DNA from: the human T2T-CHM13v2.0 reference genome, Homo sapiens
Assembly: GCF_009914755.1 (NCBI RefSeq)
Contig: NC_060945.1
Reading direction: 5' to 3' (one strand)
DNA: 64,000 bases
A model generated the notes under the pieces. The model worked only from the letters and a program-made list of their open reading frames with translations. It did no database searches and was not told the DNA's origin. Shown here piece after piece: positions 43,866 to 56,297 of this stretch; the first letter of the stretch is position 1; each line of letters starts with the position of its first letter. The translations under genes were made by a program, and so were the position numbers.

Positions 43866-44629
43866 ACATGCGCTGTCAGCCTCTATGACCACTTGCGGCA
43901 TCCAAAGGCCCTGTGCCACAAGGTCAGAGCATGGGATGTCATGGGACAGAATTCCAAGCATTAATCTGTGAGTCTCCTTTGCCCTCCATATGCTTTCCTT
44001 CATAGCATCCCAGGGGCTCCTCTTAGGAGGAAATGAGAAGCAAAGGCTGCAGATGCTCACATCGAGTGTTCTTGGAAAGGCTGTTGACCTGAGCGCCAGG
44101 GAGATAATTCCAGATGCGGGCACCATTGGGGTTGGTTTTCTCCTCCCTCCTGGTGGGGATGGAGGGCACAGGATGCAGGTGAGGTGAGGACCGGGAGGAC
44201 AGGGAGTTGTTTGAGAAAAACCTGCCAGGGTTGATGAGCCCTCCCTCAGTCAAGTAGTCTTGGGGAAACTGAGTCAGTGTCCAGGGGTTCTGCTTGTGGC
44301 TGGCTTCATGGGACCACCAACCAAAAGCAGCCAGCCATAGTCTGTGTCTCAGAAAATGTCCAGCCCCTCTGGCCATTCCACATGGAAGCCCCATCCAATG
44401 GTACTGGAGAGTCACCAGTCCTCCAGAGCACAGGTCGAGGCAGGGGGACTTGACGAGCAGTCTAGGACAGCCGGGGACCAGCCATATGCCTCAGGGGCAG
44501 CAGCGTGACACAGCACCTGTCCTGAAGGTGCTTGGGGCAGGACCAAGTGAAAGCCTGCGTGAGCACAGGGGGGCTGGTGTGAGAGCAGATGCAATGCGGT
44601 TTATGGCTAACGAGCCATCAAGAGATACT

Positions 44630-45250
44630 GATGTGTATGGGTGTGCTGTGTATGTGTCTGTATGTGGTAGTATGTGATGTGTTTGTGTGGTATGTAGTAT
44701 GTATTGTGTGTGTGTAGCATTGCATGCGCAATGTGTGTGCCGCGTGTGGTGTGCAATGTGTGTGCCATATGTGTGGCGTGTGTGATGTGTGTGTGCTATG
44801 TGTGTGGTGTATAGCGTGTGTGTCCTGTGTGCTGTTTGCTTGTGTGATGTGTGGTATGTAGTGTTGTGTGGTGAGGGAGTATATATGATGTCTGTGTGGT
44901 GTGCAATGTGTGTGTCTGGGTGTGTGATATGTGGTGTGGTGGGGGAGTATATATGATGTGTGTGTGGTGTGCGATGTGTGTGTCTGAGTGTGTGATGTGT
45001 GGTGTGTAGTGTGGTGTGGTAAGGGAGTGTATATGATGTGTGTGCGGTATGCAATGTGTGTGTCTGAGTATGTGATGTCTGGTGTGTAGTGTTGTGTGGT
45101 GAGGGAGTGTATATGATGTGTGTGTGGTGTGTGATGTATGTGTCTGGGTGTGTGATGTGAGGTGTGTAGTGTGGTGTGGCGAGACAGTGTGTAAGTGTGA
45201 TGTGTGCTTGTGTGTGTGGAGGTTGAGTGTCTCCATGTGTGTGTGTGTGA
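44630..45250 (+). repeat. GT-rich low-complexity tract with ~80-bp substructure
   Basis: Degenerate (TG)n; ggagt anchors at 44876, 44944, 45024, 45104. Confidence 0.9.
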
Positions 45251-46503
45251 TGGGGGAGAATGGGGTCTCTGAGCTTGGGGTGGTCAGGGAAACCTTCCTG
45301 TGTGCACCAGGACCTGGTGAGGCTTCTCCAGCAGGAGGAGAAATGGAACCCGATATGAGCAGCTGTTGGGGAAAAAAGCCCAAGATCACTTTCAACAATG
45401 CAGTTGTGGAGCACAGGTCAAGGCTTGGAAGAATGGAGGATGCCACTACCTGAGTAACTAAGGAATGTTTCCTCATTTGTGGGGTGGTCACGGTGAAAGT
45501 ACCTTTGGGTTGTTGTGGGTTAGGAGAACCTAACTGCTGCAGCTGTCACATCTGCTACCCAGAAAGGGCTCTGAAGAGTTGCTACTGAAGCCCCTGATGA
45601 TACTGTTCATCCATCATACCCTGCAACGTCGTTATTTTAATATTGTAAGCTATTAATGCAGTAAAATACTTTATTCAAGTATTGAAATCATCTAAGCTTC
45701 CTATTCCCTAGAGATGCATGAATAACAGAGCTCTGATGCTTATTTAAGTTTGTATAGGATTTTACATTTTGCAAAATATTCTCAAATACAAAATCATCTC
45801 ATATCAGTTACCTTCCCCCACCACTGCCAATTAGTCTCTGGCTAGTGATGTAACCCTTATGTACCCCAGATTCCTCATCTGTTAAAATCAGGTTGATGGG
45901 AGGATTAAATGACTTAGTAAAGGTAAAGCGTTGGCATTTGTATACAGTAAGTGCTCAATAAATGTTAGCCAGCAACAATAAGTGTTGCTTCTCCGGGTAA
46001 GTTCTCTGCTTTACCTGAGATGCTTGGTCCTGGGGTTCCAGAGTCAGTCACCCTCATTGATAGAAGACAGACATGAAAGTGGGCCTGAGAACATGCAAAG
46101 GACATAAAAAGGAAGAAAGGAGAGAGAAAGTGAGAGAGGGAAAGAGTGAGAGAAAGAGAGGGAGAGAGAAGGGAGAGAGAGAGAGATTGAGATTGAAGGC
46201 CAGTGAGGTCATGTGCAGAAAAGATAGCCAAGATCACCAAACCACGGATGGCCCCATATACATGCAATTTCCATTTTCCTCTTCTGTTTTCTTTCCCAGC
46301 AGAATTTGCAAGCATATGGAAGTCAAGACCTAAGCCCAGTATCTTCCTGTGTTGTCTCTGGCTGGAGGGACAATAGAAGATCATTTAACCTGAATGTCCA
46401 CATTGAGATCTGTTCATACTAACAGCACTTTCAGAATTGTATATATTAACAGCCCCATTTTTTATAGATATGGTAGCACAAAATATTAAATATGGAAAGT
46501 GGG

Positions 46504-46870
46504 TGTATTAGTCTGTTCTCATGCTGCTATAAGGACATACCTGAGACTGGGTAATTTATAAAGGAAGGAAGTTTAATTGACTCACAGTTATGCAGGACTA
46601 GGGAGGCCTCAGGAAACTTAGAAGGGGAAGCTAACACTTCCTTCTTCACATGGCGGCAGCAAGGAGAAGAATGGGTGCTCAGAGAAGGGGGAAGTCCCTG
46701 ATAAAACCATCAGCTCTCATGAGAACTCACTCACAAGAGTGAGAACAGGATGGGGGAAACTGCCCCCATGATTCAGTTTTCTCTACCTGGTCCTTCCCAG
46801 GACACATGGGGATTATGGGAACTATAATTCAAGATGAAATTTTGGGTGGGGACACAGCCAAACCTTATCA
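46504..46870 (-). mobile_element. THE1 (THE1C/D) MaLR solo LTR
   Basis: tgtattagtctgttctcatgctgct...gagactgggtaatttataaagg...gggtggggacacagccaaaccttatca; 5-bp TSD gtggg/gtagg. Confidence 0.88.
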
Positions 46871-47544
46871 GTAGGCATAGGAAGAAATAAGTGGACTTAA
46901 AAGAATTATGCCTTAAAAAAACAAAATACCCTGTAAATCAACTGGGTTTACATGAACAAATAAAAGAGGAGTTACACAAAATCCTATGTATTTAGTGACA
47001 AAAGACAATGAAAAAATTGTGTTTTCAGTCTTCTGTCCCAGATCAGAAGTTTGAGGGCCTGCTCATTTGAAAATGACTTTTTAAAACCCATGAAGTTATT
47101 TTTAATGGAAGTCTTACTTATTAAAGATTCTTGTTGCTATCTGCAGATCCCAAACAAGATTCTTTGGCGTCCTCAGCTTGCTCTTCTCCCTTTCCTTGGT
47201 AGACTTTTCTCTTTGTCTGTACTTCAAGTGCCTCCTGCCAAGTAGAAAATGAAGAGTCAGTCCGTGTGCTGGGCTCAGAGCCCTGCCGTTTTAGTGGCTT
47301 CATGGATGGCTTGGCACAACTAGGGAGCAATGGTGTCTCCCACACCTGAGATGGACCCTGTTGGACTCAGAGTGGCCAGCAGGATGTGGGTTGACCCCAG
47401 TAGCACATTAAGCTCAGCCCAGAGTGGCAGGAACTGAGGCGGCCAGGAGAATGTGCAAGGGCCACCCAGACTGTAGGACAAGCTAGGAATCCAGTAAAGA
47501 AGAGGGCCCTGGCAGTTCCTTTGGAATCCCTGTGATTCCTTCTT

Positions 47545-49190
47545 TCATTCATGGCTTCATTCATTCAACAAATATGTATTGAGCACTTGTGACATGCCAC
47601 CTTCTGTTTTGGGTATTCAGGATACATCAGTCAACAGAATAGGCAAAGATTGATTGCTACCCTCGTGGAGCTTATGTGCTGGGGAGGGAGGTATGCAGGG
47701 AGACAGGGCACAGTGAGATGGTGAAAGTCCACAGCAAACACAATGAGCCATCCATTTGTGTGGTCTGTTATAAAATGATTAGAGCTGTGGAAGGACAGAA
47801 GAAAGGAAAGAGGAAGAGAGGGAGGGAGGAAGGGAGGGAGGGACAAATGGAGAGAAGGAAGGAAAGAAAGACAGGGAGGGAAGAAAGGAAAGAGAAAGAA
47901 AAAGAAAGAGAGAGAGAAAAGAAAAGAAAGAGAAAGAAAGGAAGGAAGGAAGAGAAAAGGAAAGGAAAGAAAGAAAAGAGGGAGGGGGAAAGGAAGAGAA
48001 GAAGGAAGGGAAAGAAAGGAAAGGAAAAAAGAAAGGAAGGCAGGCAAACAGGCAGGTAGAAAGAAGGAAGAAAAAAAGGAAAGAGGAAAATGAAAACCAT
48101 AGGGAGTCAGGGAGTGCCTGGGCCAAGGCAGGGAGGAAGGGGCCTGGCTGTGACTGGAAATGGGAGGTGCCCTCTGGGCAAGGACTTGAGGAATTGTAGG
48201 AGTGTTCGTCCTGGAGCCATCCAGCAGGTAGCCTTCCAGGTAGAAGTAAGGGGCTGCAAGGAGGCCTTAAGGGTACAGCCCACCTGATCATTCCCCAGAG
48301 TCGCAATGAGGCTGGAGGCCTGAGGGGCTGGAGCAGAACAGATTGCAGTGGGAGAGCAAGGGGGCTTATGGACCACAGAGGGCCTCAAGGACCACTGTAA
48401 GATGCAGTCCCATGGGAACCATTGCAGGCTTTTAAACAGAGGAGGGACACTCTGTGCCATATTTTAACAAGATCACTGGGGCCGCTGGGCAGAGAACAGA
48501 CCATGGGGACAAGGGTGGAGGCCAGAGACCTGCTGGAGGCTGTGGCAGGTGAGGGAGGATGGGAGCTGGGGCCAGGTGGCTGTGGAGAGGTGAGAAGCGG
48601 TTGGTCAGTTTCTGGTAAAGGTCGAAGGTAGATCCAGCATGACTCCTGACGGCTGGATGTGTGGTGTGAGAAAAAGAAGAGTCAAGGGTGTCTCCAAACT
48701 GTGGTCTGAACAGCAAGAGGGACAGATGGGACCTGTGGCTGAGGTGAGGAGGATGGCAGGTAGGGAAGAGAGGGGATGACAGAGCAGAAATTCCATGTGG
48801 ATGCTGTAGAATCTGAGATGGATGTGAGGAAAGCCCAGTGGACTATCAAAGAGGCAGAGGGTATAAGAGTAGTGGGCATTCAGGAGAGGTCTGAGCTGGA
48901 ACTAAAACAGATGAGATATTTTGAGTCATGATTGAAATGTGGGTGAGATCCCCAGAGATCAACAATGGACGGGGCGCAGGAAAGAACCAGGGACTGCACC
49001 CTGGCATCTCCAGCACTAAGAAGTGGAGGAGAAGAGGAGGAACCCACAAAAGAACCTGCGAAGGAGGGACTCAGAGGAAAGAGAAAAACCAAGAGAAAGA
49101 CATTGCAGAAATCAAGAGAATGGAGTTAGAGTGGTCAGCACTGCATCAAATATTGCCAAGGGTTCAGGTCAGATGGGGACTGGGGTTTGA
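47545..49190 (-). mobile_element. L2 element containing an expanded purine tract
   Basis: ttcattcattcaacaaatatgtattgagcac 3' end; ggaaccattgcaggcttttaaacagagg; gagtcaagggtgtctccaa. Confidence 0.75.
47795..48092 (+). repeat. GA-rich polypurine tract
   Basis: About 300 nt almost exclusively A/G. Confidence 0.9.
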
Positions 49191-49256
49191 AGATGATTCC
49201 AAGTTTTATTCAAGAACTAATATAAAATACTCCATTCTGGAGTTTGCAGCCAAAGA

Positions 49257-49550
<294 letters not shown>

Positions 49551-51257
49551 CCAAAGTCCTTCCTTGGGTTATGGAAGCTTATTCCCAGCTTGGTTTCCAT
49601 CAAGTTCAATGTCCAATGAGGTGGCAGCTGAGACTTGAGGATATGACGTGTTTACCTTTGAACTTTGCGTACAAAATACCCCAGCTGAAGGTCCCTCACA
49701 GAGAGTTTGGAAAATAAAAACACTACGACCATCACATTCCCAAGCAGAAGGAAAGACAAATTCATGAGCAAATCACCACATTCATAAACAGAAAGCCACC
49801 AGCCTTCAAGAAGAGATAAGGCAAGGCTGTTCTCATTTCATGGGACGTTGTTACTGTTCTACTGTTCATCTCTATAAAGTATAGATACATGAAAGTATTT
49901 TTTTTCAAACGCAAATAAAAGTTCTTCTCTTAAATGAAAATAACCTAAAAACAGCAATAAAGCCTAAAAGAAATGTGCTGCCCTCAAATTCTTCCTGACG
50001 TTATACCACGGATCTGATTCTCCAGGGCTGGAATCCAGTGTTTCCACCCAGGAGGGGCAAGTTCCTTCACTTCCCTGGGTGTTGATGGTCTCACTTATAG
50101 GTTGGGGATAGCACCCACAATCCACAGTTCCTTAAGAATTTTTTGAGACTGAGTGATTTGTGGCTGGTAAACAGTAATGAGGATGATAGTGATTACCTAG
50201 CTTTAAACAGATTTCCCAAGGAGATAAGTTTCTACCAAGGTTCTTTGCCTTGTCAGAAAGCTCCAAAGGCTGAATGGCGGGCGTCCCAGCTCCCAGATCC
50301 CCATCCTGATAAAACCCTGGTGTGCCCACCCCGAGTTTCCCAAGTGACTCCAAAGAGAATGTTACCCAGAGGAGAGCAACTGGCTCCCAGATCTGTAGGA
50401 GAACTTTTGACATTTTCTCATCATCATGCAAGGGACTGAGGCTCTTTGCAGGATATGGATGGCTCAAGGGAACTAATAGGAACAGTGGCGTGTGGTTCCA
50501 ATCCCACGTCTGCAGTTTAAAAACAAATGGCTGCAATTGCATTGTGTACACAGGCCTACATCCTCCTCTCTGCTCCGGGGAGAAGAATAAAGGTGTGACT
50601 TTCTTTGTTAAGTGCTTTCTTCCCTACCCTGGAATCAGCCTCCACCCACCTGAAAGGGAGGGAAGAGGAGGAGCCCCAACCTTCCAGAAGAAAAAGCAAA
50701 CAAATTCCACCCTCCAAACCCAACCCAACCCAACCCAACGCTAGGAAGCCAGGTTCCATTTGTGTGGCTTAGCACAGAGGGACACCACCCCAGCTTCCGG
50801 TTTAAGTTTATGTAAAAAGAGTTTAAAAATATGTCTGAACCTATATTATCCCATCACCATCAGGAATAGTAATTAGTATTAATTAAAATAATACCCAGTG
50901 ACTAGGGCTTAAAACGTACCAGCTTTATGTGAGGTGATTGACATGTATTCCTACCTAATTTCACAAATATTTGATGAACTGGGCCCTATCTCCCATTTAA
51001 CAGAGGAGGAAGCCAAGGTGTGAAGAGTGGATATGGTGTGCTGGGGAGCACACAGCTGGTGGATCCTGAGTAACAATGCAGTCCTTGGGGTGACCTCCCT
51101 TCCCCCTCCCTGTTAAGCTCTCTCCCACTCTCCACCCCCAACCTCTGCTCTCATCACACGCCAGCCCCACCCACACCCCGGCCAGACTCTTTTTCTTTTT
51201 TCCTTCCCTTTTCCCTCTCATTCTTACCCTACTCCTCCAACTCAAAGAGTTAGTTGA

Positions 51258-51580
51258 CGGCTGGATGTGGTGGCTCACGCCTGTAATCCCAGCACTTTGG
51301 GAAGTCAAGGCGGGTGGACTGCCTAAGCTCTGGAGTTTGAGACCAGCCTGGACAACATGGTGAAACCCTGTCTCTACTAAAAAAAAAAAAAAAAAAAAAA
51401 AAATTGGCTGAGCGCGGATGTGGGCACCTGTAATTCCAGCTACTTAGGAGGCTGAGGCAGGAGAATCGCTTAAACCCGGGAGGCGGAATTTGCAGTGAGC
51501 CGAGATCATGTCACTGCACTCCAGACTGGGTGACAAAGTGAAACTCCATCTTAAAAAAGAAAAAAAATAAAAATAAAATT
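51258..51580 (+). mobile_element. AluS with expanded middle A-tract
   Basis: Full dimer. Confidence 0.92.
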
Positions 51581-52596
51581 AAAGTATAGCACGTACAATT
51601 ATATACAGCATGTAATACTTGGTAATAATAATAAACAACTATTTTACTGATTTATCAATTTGCTATACTTCTAATCATTATTTTAGAGGGTACTCCTTCC
51701 AATTATAAAAATAAGTTAACTGTAAACAGCCTCATGCAGGTCCTCCAGGAGGTATCCAGAAGCAGGCGTTGTTATCACAGGAGACATTATCGCCCCTGAA
51801 GACCTTCCAGTGGGACAAGATGTGTAGGCAGAAGACCGTGACACTGAGAATCCTGACCCCATGTAGGCCTAGGCTAATGTGTGTATGTGTCTTGGTTTTT
51901 AATGAAACAGTTTACAAAGTAAATAAACAAAATAAAAAATTTTTTAAATGGAGAAAAGTTTATAGAATTAGGATGTAAAGAAAATATTTCTGTACAGCTG
52001 TATAATGTGTTTGTATTTTAAGTTATGATTATAAAAGTCAAAAAGTTAAAAATAATAAAGTGTATAAAGTACAAGTTATAGTCAGCTAAAATTAATTTAT
52101 TATTGAAGGAAGAAAAAATTTTTTTTTGAAGGAAGAAAAATTTTTAAATAAATTTAGTGTAACCTGAGTGTGTAGTGCTTATAATGTCTACAGTAGTGGA
52201 CGGTAAAGTCCCTGGCCTTCACATTCACACACAACTTAGTCACTCTCCCAGAGCAACATCCAGTCCTGCAAGCTCCATCCACAGTAAGTGCCCTACACGG
52301 GTGTCCCATTTTTTACCTTCTATAGTGTATTTTTACTCTATCTTTTCTATGTTTAGATATGTTTAGATACACAAGTATTTACCATTATTTTGCAATTGTC
52401 TACAGTATTCAGTACAATCACATGTTTTACAGATTTGTAGTGTAGCAGCAGCAGTCCATACCATATGGCCTAGGTGCGTAGTAGGCTATGACATCTAGGC
52501 ATGTGTGAGTATATTGCATGTTGTTCACACAATGATGAAATCTCCTGATGACATATTTCTTAGAGTGTATTCCATTATTAAGCAATGCCTGACTGT
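51580..52596. mobile_element. Tigger3/MER7-like DNA transposon (one end disrupted by an Alu)
   Basis: gcaggtcctccaggaggtatccagaag...cccctgaagaccttccagtgggacaagatgtg; terminal ttaagcaatgcctgactg|ta. Confidence 0.75.
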
Positions 52597-53637
52597 ACTT
52601 TTTTTCTGGTCATGTTATCCACAATTGTTCAGATTCATTCGTTTCACTTATATGACTGTTTCTCAGATACTTCACCTTCTTTTTCTTGAATTCCTCCTTC
52701 TGATTCATTTTGTCCATTGGGTTGATGTATTTTGTGAGTAAAAATACAGTGATGGCACATGGAAGGTAAACCATACTTTTTCTGCTTCCTCCCACAAGAC
52801 AGATAGTTGGGCTGGATATAGAATTCTGGAGTGTGTCACTTTCCCTGGGATCTGTTGCTCTAGTGTTTGCTACCATCTAGTCTTCCAGAGAGTCTCATGC
52901 CAGCCGGACACACATTTAAACAATTTCTCTTTATCTTTTGAATTCTTAAGTGTCTTTTAAAATAACCCCCCAAGCATTTGGCAAACATTGTTGATCTGAT
53001 GTCTTCAGCTCAAGGAAAACTTCTTGTTCCTTTGATCTTTGTTTTACCTCCACCATTTCTGTTCTCTTTTCTTGGACTCCTGTGACATGGAAGGAAAAGT
53101 CTCCTGGATCTCTTTTTGTTCCTTTCTTCATTTCCATCTCTTTGCTTTTTTGTTCAGAGGCTGTGATAATGCCTTAAATTACACTAAACCGATACTTCAC
53201 GACATCAGATTTTAGCTTAGTCCCTTCTGCCATTTACTACGTCCACTCAGCTTTTCTTTTACTCTCAAAAATTATACTTTTATCTCCAGTGATTATTTTT
53301 TAGCTCCTATTGCTCTTTTATTTTTTTTAAGTAAAAGCTCTTATTTCCTTGATAGAATAGCTTCTAAAATCTACCTGAGAGGGGGAAATGTAGAATGATT
53401 TCTTAGGTTCTCCAGGGCCCTCTCAGCTCAGTGGCCCTCCCTCAGCTGCGGATCCCATGTGCTGGGGTCTTTTTACCATCTACACATATTGATATGTGCC
53501 AGCTAAGGTGGATGAATTTGGGCAGCTAGTGTGGGCTCTCTCTGTCAGTAGTTTAATAGGAGTCTTTGGGAGACAGTGAAGGGAATGGAATTGTGGGCAA
53601 GGGTAGCGGGCACACTCCCCTTTGGGTGTGGTGCAGA

Positions 53638-53723
53638 GGTAGGATGGAGGCAGGCGGGATAAAGGCTGAGCTCCAATGCGGGTAGGATGGAGGCAGGCAG
53701 GATAAAGGCTGAGCTCCAATGTG
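53638..53723 (+). repeat. 43-bp tandem duplication
   Basis: ggtaggatggaggcaggcRggataaaggctgagctccaatgYg twice, 2 mismatches. Confidence 0.92.
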
Positions 53724-54770
53724 CCGGGTGGCAGCTGGCACTTGAGCCAGCTAAGTGGCTGTGGAAGGTCAATCTGCAGGCCAAGGCTGGATAGTCACCT
53801 TCTGTGGGGGACACTGTGGTGGAATTATTGAGGTTCTCTAATTAATTCTCCCACAACTGCCCCAGGTTTACCTTTCCTGACCCCCAACCCCACTTCTGGC
53901 CTCTGCACTGGTGAGATCTTAGGGCTTTCTCTGAGAGGGCGCTGGAAAGTCCAGAGAAGCACATGCAAAGCCGAGCCTAAGAGCATTTCACGGCTGCCGG
54001 GGGTCTCTTCTCCCACCTTTTACATCACAGCATCAGCATCGTAAGGTGAACTGCAGCACCGCCCTCTTCTCTTGGGGTTCCTGTTGTCGGCTAAGGGCCC
54101 TGCCAGGCCAGATGCCCCGAAGCACTTGATCTCATTAAACTGATCGAATTTAAACAGGACCAGCCAGGGGTTCCGAAACTCTGCTGAGCACAAGAATCTC
54201 CCGGGGAGGGTGTGAACATGCAGATGCCCAGCTGCGCCCTGCAGTCTGACTTGCATTTTCTCTTGCCCTTTCTTCCTTATTTTCCCCCTTCCCTCCCTCC
54301 TTCACTGTTTTACTTTTTTCCTCTGATCAACTCATAAATCTGCCCAAAGGACAATCTCCAAATGGTCCCTGTGAAAACAGACACTTTTGCAGGCTCTAGC
54401 TTCCATTGGTCTTCCTCCAGATTTTTACCAGGGAAGGGGAGAGATGAAGACTTTCAGAAAATGACCACATAAATACAATACATTCTTGAAACACTTGTGT
54501 TGCCAAAGGAGTCAGTCTGCTGTGGCCAGCAACCCACTTCAGATTTTGCCACTCCAGGATTCCTCATTCCTGCTTGCGTTGGCATTAATACCAATTAGTC
54601 ACGATGATCTGAAAGCCCCCGCGAATTCCAGAAGGATGCTGCATGTTCTAAAGACAATTCCATTCCCTCACCTAGGCTTCACCACTGCACAATTCATCCA
54701 CGTTACCCAAAACCACTGGTACCCCCCAAAAGTACAGAGGGGATACTTTAATATATATAGAAATATATAT

Positions 54771-54774
<4 letters not shown>

Positions 54775-54826
<52 letters not shown>
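54775..54826. repeat. (TA)26 microsatellite
   Basis: Uninterrupted TA run. Confidence 0.95.
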
Positions 54827-54833
<7 letters not shown>

Positions 54834-54920
54834 ACACTCAAAGAACTACATACCTAAAAAGGTGAAATTTGCTTTATGTAAACCATGTCTCAATAAACGT
54901 AATATAAAAGAAAGAAAAGG

Positions 54921-55228
54921 GGCTGGGCGCTGTGGCTCATGCCTGTAATCCTAGCACTTTGGGAGGCCAAGGCGGGCAGACCATGAGGTCAGGAGATCGA
55001 GACCATCCTGGCTAACACGGTGAAACCCCGTCTCTACCAAAAATACAACAAATTAGCCGGGCATGGTGGCAGGCACCTGTAGTCCCAGCTACTCAGGAGG
55101 CTGAGGCAGGAGAATGGCGTGAATCTGGGAGCGGAGGTTGCAGTGAGCCGAGATCGCGCCACTGCACTCCAGCCTGGGAGACACAGCGAGACTGCCTCTC
55201 AAAAAAAAAAAAAGAAAGAAAGAAAAGA
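54921..55228 (+). mobile_element. AluY
   Basis: gagatcgagaccatcctggctaacacggtg, gaatggcgtgaa diagnostics; TSD aaaagaaagaaaag. Confidence 0.93.
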
Positions 55229-55807
55229 AATGGACAGTGTTCTTGGTGCGCTGGGAAAGGTGGAACAGTGCAGTTACAGAGTGGGAAACAGAGGGCATTC
55301 AGACCAAGCCCAAGAAATAAGGAGGTCAGGCAGTCGACATAGGCACCCCAAAAGTCACAGATACACATAGCCAAGGGGGTCACAGGCTTAAAACCCTAGA
55401 TGACACTCTCAGGAAAGGAAAACCAGTGTCTGCTGAGCGACTGCTATGTTCCAAGTGTTGCCCAGTTTCACCAGCTCTAATGATACTAGGATACATGCCT
55501 CGACCAAAAGAACCATCCTTTCATGTACTACTAAAAGCATGCTACCATTAAACCATGATACTTTATTATTATTATTTAGGATTTCTGTTTTGTATGTATG
55601 AAGAAGGCTGGGCCCTATTTAGACATTCTTATATAAACATTATATATAGGTGAAATCAATTGTTAAATCATTCCTAACATTTTCCACACTCAGGCTAACT
55701 CTTCTGAATCACATTTGGACTTGGAGTCATCAATATCCATGTTTTTCCATGCGCTGTCATCTTCTTTGCCATTAAGATGTCAGGTGGTAGAGAATTTCAT
55801 AAGAGTA

Positions 55808-56297
55808 GCATATGAGTTTCCTATACACTGCAGTCACAAATTATCACAACTTTTGTGGCTTAAAACAAAGCAAACCTTGTCTTCTACTTCTCCGGGTCAG
55901 AGGTCTGCCACAGGCCTCACTGGGCTGTCAAGGGGTCACAGGATTGCTTTGCTTTCTGGAGTCCACTTCCTTGCTGTTGCCAGTTTCTCCAGCAGCCTGT
56001 GTTCCCTGGCTCATGGCCTCTACCGCTGCTACAAAGCCAGCAACGTTGCATCTCTCTGACCCACCATTCTTCCACAGTCATGGCACCCTCTGAGCACAGC
56101 TGGAAAGGTTCTCTGATTTTAAGGATGCACTTGATTAGCTTGGGCTAGCATCTGGATTAACCAAAATAACCTCCCCATCTCAAAGATCTTCCTTGAATCA
56201 CATCTTCACAGTTCTTTTTGCCATGTAAGGCAACTGATTTCTTGGTTCTGGGGATTAGGGCAAAGACATCCTTGGGGGACACTGTCCTCCTCACTAC
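55808..56297 (-). mobile_element. MLT1D-like LTR
   Basis: atgagtttcctatacactgcagtcacaaattatcacaac...aacctccccatctcaaagatc...ttctggggattagggcaaagacatccttggggg. Confidence 0.75.

Noticed and set aside
33715-45250. Possible long-range pairing of the CA-rich spacer (33.7-34.0 kb) with the TG-rich tract (44.6-45.2 kb)
   Set aside because: Only compositional complementarity; no specific extended alignment seen
44491-45491. 307-aa and 231-aa His/Thr-rich minus-strand ORFs
   Set aside because: Translation of the TG/CA low-complexity tract; stop-poor by composition
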